64,000 nt of DNA from a virus. Within the stretch, counting starts at the first letter, position 1; the number at the start of each line of letters is the position of its first letter. The notes beneath the pieces are model-generated. The model did not search any database, was not told the DNA's origin, and saw nothing but the letters and a program-made list of their open reading frames with translations. Both the position numbers and the translations under genes were made by a program. Of this stretch, positions 46,875 through 55,700 are shown one piece after another. The DNA is taken from positions 18,802-82,801 of IMG/VR virus record IMGVR_UViG_3300046007_014223; one strand, given 5' to 3'.

Positions 46875-46882
46875 TATTTATT
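46875..46882 (-). promoter_or_regulatory. Late promoter variant AATAAATA upstream of the second GT island
   Basis: One mismatch to TATAAATA, 21 nt upstream of the 46853 ATG and its GGAG RBS; AT-rich background lowers confidence. Confidence 0.45.
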
Positions 46883-49800
46883 TAGATTCAATCGCCTCAA
46901 TTCTTGCTTTTAATTGATCAATCTCCGCTGACATTTCTTTTATAGCATTAACCAGAATAGGTATCAAATAATCGCTTGTTATTTGTAACTTATCTGGAGT
47001 ATCGTCACTGACGATAACCTTTTCAACACCCTCTAATGCTGCAATTTCTTGTGCACTAAATCCATAACGTTTTTTATTTGGAGGATCAGTAATTTCATTC
47101 GTTATACGGTTTTTGAATGCATAAGCTATAGGATTAACATTACTTAAAAATCCTCTTCCATGTGGGACAGGGCCGAAAATACATTTATCACGAATATCAG
47201 AAACAGCTGTCCAAGCAATTTGTATTTGAGCACAAGCGTGGGAGCTATTGCCCATAATAATACGATTTGATTCAGTCGTTATGTTTGCAAGACCAGTAGC
47301 TCCTACCCCACTACAACATCCGAAGAATATGTTATTAGTACCTGTAGTGTTACAATTTCCGGCACACAAACCAGCAAAAAGATTATGATTTCCATTAATA
47401 CTTTCTATACCTGCCGATGTTCCTATAAAAATATTATGATTTCCCGTAGTATTTGAAAACCCCGCGGCCCACCCAATAAACGTATTATAAGTGCCGGAAT
47501 CATTACAATAACCTGTAGCTCTGCCAATAAAGTTATTGTGACAACCATTGACATTATTTGTACCTGCAGAAGTACCAATAAACGTATTATAAGTGCCAAT
47601 ATTATAAGCACCTGATGCAGTGTTTTCTCCTATAAAGATGTTTTTTGACCCGGTTGTATTTCTATAACCTGCATTTTTACCTAGAGCAATATTTAAATTA
47701 CCTGTAGTATTATTATATCCTGCGTCGAGACCAAAGAAGTTATTATAACAACCTGTAGTATTACATCCACCTGCATTACGACCAAAGAAATTATTATGAT
47801 TACCTGTTGTGTTACTTAAAGCTGTTAATGTTCCGAAGAAATTATTATAACTACCTGTGGTATTCTTATTTCCTGCACTTAATCCAAAAAAGTTATTATT
47901 GCAACCTGTACTATTACAACAACCTGCGCCATTACCAAAGAAGTTATTATGAATACCTGTAGTATTGTAACGACCCGCATAACGACCAAAGAAACTATTA
48001 TTACAACCTGTGGTATTACAACGACCCGCACTTAATCCAAAAAAGTTGTTGTCACAGCCAGTAGTATTTAAACAACCTGTAGCGCGCCCAAAGAAGTTGT
48101 TGTTCCTGGCTGTCGTATTGCCGCATCCAGCACACCGTCCTAAGAAGTTATTATCACAACCTGTGGTATTACAACGACCTGCATTTTCTCCAATAAAGTT
48201 ATTGTAGGAACCTGTAGTATTGTAACGACCCGCCCAAAATCCAAAGAAGCTATTATGAACACCTGTAGTATTTAAACATCCTGCGTAACAACCAAAGAAG
48301 TTATTATTACAACCTGTAGTATTGCAGAACCCAGCACGGCGGCCAATGAAGATGTTTTCACAGCCGATGGTGTTGTTGTACCCCGCAAAAAAACCAAAGA
48401 AGTTATTTGAAACGCCTGTAGTGTTACTACGACCTGCACTAAATCCGGCAAAGAAATTATATGATCCAAATGTTGTACAACGACCTGCATACCGTCCAAT
48501 AAAGATATTATGACAACCTGTTGCTGTTAATGCACAGGCATCAACAACAGTAAAGTTCTTTTGTGCATCTAATGTTGCTCCACCACCCCCACCTGCACTA
48601 ATGGTCACATTAGACGCTGCAGTAATACGACCTTGTGCGTCAACTGTTATCACAGGAACTATAGTAGAATTTCCATAAGTGGCTGCCGTTACACCACTAG
48701 TAGCTAACCCAACAGTGATTACGTTACCTTCACCTGTAGTACCTGTTGCTGTTATACCTGTACCACCAACAACACGATCTGTGTAGTTTCCTGTTGTATC
48801 TGTTCCAAGTGCAACAGAGTTTGACGCAACAGTTAATGTTACATCTAATGAATTAGTATTTTGATTGGTTAAGTTAAGATTAGCTGTACCTGTTACATCA
48901 CCCGTAAATCTTAAATTAACCGCAGGTTTGTTTGTTGTTATACCATAATTTCTATCAATAGCTACATTAGATGCACTTGTTACTCTACCCGTAGTATCAA
49001 CTGTTACTTGTGATACCACATTTGCATTACCGTAACTACCTGCTGTAACACCACTGGTAGCTAATGCAACAGTGATTACGTTACCTTCACCTGTAGTACC
49101 TGTAGCAGTAATACCTGTGCCTCCAACAACACGATCTGTGTAGTTTCCTGTTGTATCTGTTCCTAAGGCAACAGAATTGGTTGCGACAGTTAATGTTACA
49201 TCTAATGAATTAGTATTTTGATTGGTTAAGTTAAGATTAGCTGTACCCGTAACATCGCCAGTAAATCTTAAATTAACCGCAGGTTTGTTTGTAGTTATAC
49301 CATAATTTCTATCAATTAATAAGTTGGCTGCTGATGTTACTCTACCAGTAGTATCAAGTGTTACTCGTGGCACAGCATTTGCATTACCGTAACTGCCCGC
49401 AGTTACACCACTGGTAGCTAATGCAACAGTTATAACATTACCTTCATCTGCTGTACCTGTAGCAGTAATACCTGTACCTCCAACAACACGATTTGTGTAG
49501 TTTCCTGTTGTATCTGTACCTAAAGCGACAGAGTTTGTTGCTATCGTAGTTGTTATTGATATAACAGTTGAATTAGCCGTCAAAACTGCGTTTGCTGTTC
49601 CGGTAACATCACCTGTTAATATTATATTAGCCGCAGGATCATTAACAAAATTATTATAGTTTAAATAATACGTTGAATCTTGTCCGTCTAGTAAGTCTGA
49701 ATCACTTGCCTTTGCCGTTAATCCTAAGTAACGTGTATCAAGGTTAGCTGTAGCTACTGAAGCTGCTGTTACATGCCCAAATGTATCGAATTCTAAAGAT

Positions 49801-51086
49801 ACGTCCTGAATGACAATACCATTTGAGTTGTCACTAGATACGTTTGCTACAGAGCTAGTATCAGCATGTGAGACGGTTATAACATTACCTTCGTCGGCTG
49901 TACCTGTTGCTGTTATACCCGTTCCTGCGACAACTGTATTAGTATAATTTCCTGTTGTATCTGTTCCTAAAGCGACAGAGTTTGTTGCTACAGTTAATGT
50001 TACATCTAATGAATTAGTATTTTGATTGGTTAAGTTAAGATTAGCTGTACCAGTAACATCTCCAGTAAAGTTTAAATTAACCGCAGGTTTGTTTGTTGTT
50101 ATACCATAATTTCTATCAATTAATAGGTTAGATGCACTAGTTACTCTACCAGTAGCGTCTACAGTAATTTGTGACACAGCATTTGCATTACCGTAAATAC
50201 CTGCCGTTACTCCGCTTGTTCCTAAACCAACTGTAATTACGTTACCTTCACCTGTAGTGCCTGTTGCTGTTATACCTGTACCACCAACAACCCTATCGGT
50301 ATAGTTTCCTGTTGTATCTGTTCCTAAAGCGACAGAGTTTGCTCCAACAGTTAATGATACATCCAAGGAATTAGTATTTTGATTACTTAAGTTAAGATTA
50401 GCTGTACCTGTTACATCACCCGTAAATCTTAAATTAACTGCAGGTTTGTTTGTAATAGACGCATAAGCGGGTGTTGCTGTTACATTAGATGCGCTTGTAA
50501 TTCTTCCCTTAGCATCTACGGTAATGGCAGGTATACTTGTCACCCCACCATATGTGGTAGCAACTACTCCTGAATTGGGAAGTGAGGTTGAACTTCCTAA
50601 AGTGCCTGTAATATTTCCGCTCACACTAATGTTGCCTGCAACCACATTATTTGTAGCAATCAAATTAGCCGCAATGATGTTTGCTGATGCAACTACAGAG
50701 TTTCCAGTATTTGTGGTAAGTGTTATGCTGTTACCTTGCAAATCACCATTTACATTTAGTTTAAATCCTCCATCAGTCGCTGTTCCGATGAGAACGTTTC
50801 CACTGTATTGCGCTATGCGAACTTGACCCGTATCATACACTTCTAGAGAAGGGATACCTGATATATCATTTACACTGTAAATAACACCTGTCAAAGAGTT
50901 TTCTATACTAAAAAGCTGACCCGCACTTCCTTCCCAACTTAATGTGCCATTTCCTGTGGGATATGTTCGAACTGTTATATTATAAGGACCTAATGTTGCA
51001 TTTCCTGCAGTAAAAACTATCTTCGGATCATCAACAGACGATCCTTTATTAGGTGTAATTACAATATCTTTATCGGTATTTGCCAT
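46878..51086 (-). CDS. Long tail/virion fibre with shaft repeats, NTTG beta-roll repeats and a C-terminal S74-like intramolecular chaperone
   Basis: ~120-aa shaft repeats, ~28 14-aa NTTG repeats, then W..VSD.RDK...YGFSAQE...LIPILVNAIKE and a terminal coiled coil. Confidence 0.8.
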   Translation of the reverse strand: MANTDKDIVITPNKGSSVDDPKIVFTAGNATLGPYNITVRTYPTGNGTLSWEGSAGQLFSIENSLTGVIYSVNDISGIPSLEVYDTGQVRIAQYSGNVLIGTATDGGFKLNVNGDLQGNSITLTTNTGNSVVASANIIAANLIATNNVVAGNISVSGNITGTLGSSTSLPNSGVVATTYGGVTSIPAITVDAKGRITSASNVTATPAYASITNKPAVNLRFTGDVTGTANLNLSNQNTNSLDVSLTVGANSVALGTDTTGNYTDRVVGGTGITATGTTGEGNVITVGLGTSGVTAGIYGNANAVSQITVDATGRVTSASNLLIDRNYGITTNKPAVNLNFTGDVTGTANLNLTNQNTNSLDVTLTVATNSVALGTDTTGNYTNTVVAGTGITATGTADEGNVITVSHADTSSVANVSSDNSNGIVIQDVSLEFDTFGHVTAASVATANLDTRYLGLTAKASDSDLLDGQDSTYYLNYNNFVNDPAANIILTGDVTGTANAVLTANSTVISITTTIATNSVALGTDTTGNYTNRVVGGTGITATGTADEGNVITVALATSGVTAGSYGNANAVPRVTLDTTGRVTSAANLLIDRNYGITTNKPAVNLRFTGDVTGTANLNLTNQNTNSLDVTLTVATNSVALGTDTTGNYTDRVVGGTGITATGTTGEGNVITVALATSGVTAGSYGNANVVSQVTVDTTGRVTSASNVAIDRNYGITTNKPAVNLRFTGDVTGTANLNLTNQNTNSLDVTLTVASNSVALGTDTTGNYTDRVVGGTGITATGTTGEGNVITVGLATSGVTAATYGNSTIVPVITVDAQGRITAASNVTISAGGGGGATLDAQKNFTVVDACALTATGCHNIFIGRYAGRCTTFGSYNFFAGFSAGRSNTTGVSNNFFGFFAGYNNTIGCENIFIGRRAGFCNTTGCNNNFFGCYAGCLNTTGVHNSFFGFWAGRYNTTGSYNNFIGENAGRCNTTGCDNNFLGRCAGCGNTTARNNNFFGRATGCLNTTGCDNNFFGLSAGRCNTTGCNNSFFGRYAGRYNTTGIHNNFFGNGAGCCNSTGCNNNFFGLSAGNKNTTGSYNNFFGTLTALSNTTGNHNNFFGRNAGGCNTTGCYNNFFGLDAGYNNTTGNLNIALGKNAGYRNTTGSKNIFIGENTASGAYNIGTYNTFIGTSAGTNNVNGCHNNFIGRATGYCNDSGTYNTFIGWAAGFSNTTGNHNIFIGTSAGIESINGNHNLFAGLCAGNCNTTGTNNIFFGCCSGVGATGLANITTESNRIIMGNSSHACAQIQIAWTAVSDIRDKCIFGPVPHGRGFLSNVNPIAYAFKNRITNEITDPPNKKRYGFSAQEIAALEGVEKVIVSDDTPDKLQITSDYLIPILVNAIKEMSAEIDQLKARIEAIESK
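48600..50520 (-). repeat. ~360-bp (120-aa) internal shaft repeats
   Basis: NKPAVNL.FTGDVTGTANLNL.NQNTNSLDV.LTV..NSVALGTDTTGNYT occurs four times here and again in the 52747-58359 gene, with near-identical DNA. Confidence 0.85.
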
Positions 51087-51098
51087 GGTTCTATTTGG

Positions 51099-51248
51099 TT
51101 AAGTTATAATTTCAGCATCATTGTATTCTTTCAAAAGTTCAATATAAATTTCTTCTACATTATTAAAATTTTTATTATATGTTCTGTCAAATGTTTTAAT
51201 GTCGATTGTTTTGTCATAATTTGTTTCCAATACATTGATGATGCACAT
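51099..51248 (-). CDS. Possible 49-aa hypothetical protein (not in ORF track)
   Basis: MCIINVLETNYDKTIDIKTFDRTYNKNFNNVEEIYIELLKEYNDAEIIT* fills an intergenic gap; no clear RBS. Confidence 0.3.
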   Translation of the reverse strand: MCIINVLETNYDKTIDIKTFDRTYNKNFNNVEEIYIELLKEYNDAEIIT

Positions 51249-51356
51249 ATTATTTATGTTTTTATACTCTTTTATTATTACTTAATGACTTTGAGTTTTT
51301 CGGGTCAGTAAGAAATATTATTCCCCCTTTATCTATTTGGGGGCCAGCAAAGCTAC

Positions 51357-52058
51357 TCATACATTAAACCTGCCTCGAAGAGCATTAAAATTTTGTTGCA
51401 CTTCATTGATATTCAATTCTTTATTATATATTTTAGCCACAGCAATTCTACCTTTCATGTAATTACCGGGAGCATTGTTAAGAGTACTACCCTGTCCCCC
51501 TAAAGAATAATTACCTACGTCAGGTGATCCTGTGGGCGATCCATTTGCACTACTACTCACTGTTCCGTTTATGTATAGGTTTACATTTGATGTACCGTCC
51601 CATGTTCCTACGATATGTACCCAAGTATTACTTGTCACAGTCCCATATACTTGAATTGTAGCTGTATCGTGTCTCAACCACATTCCGACTTCATTATCAA
51701 CATTTCTTCTTATTAAGCCAAAAGTGCCAGCTGTGCTACCCCGACTAAACAATCCTCCACGATTCGTGTTATGCCATGTGCCATCCGAGTCAAAATATGT
51801 CCACATTTCGAAAGAAGTGGGTTGACTCCATGTAGAGGGATAAGTTATCCCTGCTGTAACCATTGCAGAGTTTACAGTGGCATCTAAACCAAAATAACCA
51901 GAAGTATTGTAAAGAGTGTTTGCTCCTAGTGTTGCGTATGAACTATCTAAAAGTCCTGTCCACGTTAGTCCATTACCTGAATAACTTTTTAAATTTATAG
52001 CATCTAAATACAACTGTAATCTACTGGTGACAATACTGGGGCTATGACGTAAACTCAT
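51357..52058 (-). CDS. LamG/concanavalin A-like lectin domain virion protein
   Basis: PSIVT..LQLYLDA.N.KSY.G.G.TW, WVHIVGTWDG, LYING, IYNKEL...EVQQNFNALRGRFNV. Confidence 0.8.
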   Translation of the reverse strand: MSLRHSPSIVTSRLQLYLDAINLKSYSGNGLTWTGLLDSSYATLGANTLYNTSGYFGLDATVNSAMVTAGITYPSTWSQPTSFEMWTYFDSDGTWHNTNRGGLFSRGSTAGTFGLIRRNVDNEVGMWLRHDTATIQVYGTVTSNTWVHIVGTWDGTSNVNLYINGTVSSSANGSPTGSPDVGNYSLGGQGSTLNNAPGNYMKGRIAVAKIYNKELNINEVQQNFNALRGRFNV

Positions 52059-52744
52059 ACGTTATATCTCCCACGCAAGGCTTGAAAGTTTTGTAAAATT
52101 TCTGAATCACTTAATGTTCTATTGTAAAATACTACATTGGAATACTTTCCAATAAAGCATTGAGATGATTGAAATCCACTTTCAACACCATCTTGTTCTT
52201 GACCCATAACGATTGCTCCAGTTATAGTTAATGTAGTAGAAGGACATGCTGCTGTTCCCTGATCAACCCCATTTAAAAATAACCCCATTGTTGTCCCACC
52301 GGTCCTATAGAATACAAAATTATACCATGTATTATTCTGAAATGTATAATTAAATGTACTATAAGTTGTGTCTATTAATGTTTGGATATAAGTGTTATAC
52401 CACTCAACAGAAAAATTGTTCCCTCCAGTATTTGTTGCATGAAATAAAGTATTCAAATTTCCAGAAGTAATAGATGTTGCATTCACCCACAATGATAAAG
52501 TAAAATCTGTAATATTAGAAATTACTGAGTTTGGTATTAAGATGTAATTTGTAATATTTGCACTACTACCTAAATCGATAGTTTTGTCATTGAACGTAGT
52601 AGTTCCCTTTAAAATTCCGTTATTTCCAAGACCACTCAAATCAACCCAAGTGTTCCCGCTACCTAGATAGCTTTTTATGTTAGCTGCATCTAAACACAGC
52701 TGTAATCCATTGGTGACAATACTAGGATTATAAGATACACTCAT
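52055..52744 (-). CDS. LamG/pentraxin-like lectin domain virion protein (paralog of 51357-52058)
   Basis: Same N- and C-terminal frame as its neighbour; pentraxin-like IVMGQEQD. Confidence 0.8.
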   Translation of the reverse strand: MSVSYNPSIVTNGLQLCLDAANIKSYLGSGNTWVDLSGLGNNGILKGTTTFNDKTIDLGSSANITNYILIPNSVISNITDFTLSLWVNATSITSGNLNTLFHATNTGGNNFSVEWYNTYIQTLIDTTYSTFNYTFQNNTWYNFVFYRTGGTTMGLFLNGVDQGTAACPSTTLTITGAIVMGQEQDGVESGFQSSQCFIGKYSNVVFYNRTLSDSEILQNFQALRGRYNV

Positions 52745-52746
52745 CG

Positions 52747-55700
52747 TTATTTTTCTACAACTAATTTATTTACATCTTTTCTTTCTGCAAAAATCATATA
52801 GAAACACTCAATTTTTTTGTCTAATAAGTTATCATTTTTAATGACAACACAATTTTCTGTAATTTTATCGACATACAGCTTTTGATGTTTACCTATCGGT
52901 GTTATATTCACAGTTATTGAATCGATACTTACTAAGTTTTTCCAATAATAGGGTAATTCAATGACTCCCATTTCCTTCTCAGTTAACTTTCCACGAACGT
53001 AAACACCATTTTCGGGGCCTTCAAGCGATCCATAAACCAGACGTTTACCTTCAACTGATGGGTGAGGAATATCAAAGGATTTAGTAGTTGCTGCAAATGA
53101 TCCATTAACTTCAAGGGCATATGTCGGATTTATGGTCCTGATTCCGACATTTCCTGCAACAATTAGAGATTTATTCGTTGCTGCGGGTTCAAGGAAGTAT
53201 GAAACGTTTGATGATGAGAAATAAATGTTTGAAAGAACATTACCTGTGAGCGTTGTATTACTATTAGCACCATCATGTAAATAGCGAACAATTGATCCGG
53301 TTGCTAGTATAATTGTATTTGAAGTTGCTCCAGTACAAGAAACAGAACCTAAAATTATGTTATTGTTTCCAGTAGTAATATCAGAGCCAGAATTAAGGCC
53401 CAAGAAGATATTGCAACTACCTGTAGTATTACAAAGACCAGCACTTGCACCAAAGAAGTTGTTATGATTACCTGTTGTGTTTAAACAACCCGCTCCAGGA
53501 CCAAAGAAGTTGTTATTACCCCCTGTTGTATTACAACGACCTGCATTTATTCCAAAAAAGTTATTATAACAACCTGAAGTATTTGAACGCCCTGCAGCTT
53601 GGCCAAATAAGTTATTATGATTACCTGTTGTATTACAAAGACCAGCATTAGGTCCTAAGAAGTTGTTGGAATTACCTGTTGTATTTCCACATCCTGCATT
53701 TTGTCCAAAGAAGTTATTATAAGAACCTATAGTATTTGAACAACCTGCATTAGGTCCTATGAAGTTATTCGAACGACCTGTTGTATTTAAACACCCTGCA
53801 CCTTGTCCAAAGAAGTTATTATAACAACCTGTAGTATTACAACGCCCCGCATTTATACCAAAGAAGGTATTACTATTTCCTGTAGTATTACAACGACCAG
53901 CATTTTGTCCAATGAAAGTATTATAACACCCTGTAGTATTTGAAAACCCTGCTTCTTGACCAAAGAAGTTATTAAAACATCCTGTAGTATTTGAACAACC
54001 TGCATTTAATCCAAAAAAGTTGTTGGAAGCACCTGTCGTATTATTACGTCCTGCTGCAGAACCAAAGAAGTTGTTTCTAATACCTGTAGTATTACAAAGC
54101 CCTGCACTTAATCCAAAAAAGTTATTATTATTACCTGTAGTATTACTACTACCTGCTACATGACCAATGAAGTTATTGTAAGATCCTGTTGTATTTGCAC
54201 AACCTGCTTGTACACCAAAGAAATTATTTGAATTGCCAGTAGTGTTTGAACTACCTGCATTTGCACCAAAGAAGTTGTTTCTAAGGCCTGTAGTATTACA
54301 ATGACCTGCTTCTGGACCAAAGAAGTTATTTTCATTGCCTGTGGTATTACAACGACCTGCAGAGCGACCAAAGAAGTTATTTAAATTGCCAGTTGTATTA
54401 CTACGTCCTGCATTTGAACCAATGAAAGTATTATAACACCCTGTAGTATTTGAAAACCCCGCAGAATTTCCAAAGAAGGTATTATGATTGCCTGTGGTAT
54501 TTAAACATCCTGCGTTTACACCAAAAAAGTTATTCGAACACCCTGTAGTATTTGAAAACCCTGCAGCTTGGCCAAAGAAGTTGTTGTGATTGGCTGTAGT
54601 ATTTGAAAACCCTGCAGAATTTCCAAAGAAGTTGTTCGAACAACCTGTGGTATTTAAACATCCTGCATTTACACCAAAGAAGTTATTCAAACAACCTGTA
54701 GTATTTAAACATCCTGCATTTGCACCAAAAAAGTTATTATTATTACCTGTAGTATTACAACGACCAGCATTTATTCCAATGAAGGTATTATAACAACCTG
54801 TAGTATTTGAACGCCCCGCAGCTTGGCCAAAGAAGTTATTATGATTACCTGTTGTATTACAAAGACCAGCACTAGGTCCAAAGAAGTTATTGGAACCACC
54901 CGTGGTGTTTAAACGACCTGCATAATTACCAAAAAAGTTATTATAACAACCTGTGGTATTATCACGACCAGCTGCACGACCAAAGAAGTTATTCAAACTA
55001 CCTGTGGTATTACAACGACCTGCACTTAATCCAATGAAGGTATTATAACAACCTGTAGTATTTGAAAGACCTGCCTCACATCCAAAGAAACTATTACTAC
55101 TACCTGTTGTATTTAAACATCCTGCGTTTAATCCAAAGAAGTTGTTGTGATTGCCTGTGGTATTTAAACATCCTGCATTTACACCAAAAAAGTTATTCGA
55201 ACACCCTGTAGTATTACAACGACCTGCACTTACACCAAAGAAGTTATTAAAACAACCTGTACTATTATTACGACCTGCATAATTACCAAAGAAGTTGTTA
55301 TTACTACCTGTGGTATTTTCACGACCCGCTGCACGACCAATGAAGGTATTATAACAACCTGTGGTATTTGCACAACCTGCATTTATTCCAAAGAAGTTAT
55401 TATAACTGCCTGTAGTATTACTACGACCTGCTGCACGACCAATGAAGTTATTGGAACCACCCGTGGTGTTTAAAAAACCCGCCTCACATCCAAAGAAGTT
55501 ATTACTACTACCTGTTGTATTTAAACAACCTGAATTTATACCAAAGAAGTTATTAAAACTACCTGTGGTATTACAACGACCTGCAGTTCCCCCAAAGAAG
55601 TTATTATAACTGCCTGTAGTATTACCACGACCTGCTGCAGAACCAAAGAAGTTATTATTATTACCTCCGGTATTTAAACGACCTGCATAATTCCCAAAGA

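Noticed and set aside
51322-51345. CCCC...GGGG hairpin as a terminator after the LamG genes
   Set aside because: Short stem, long loop and no adjacent U-tract on the coding strand.
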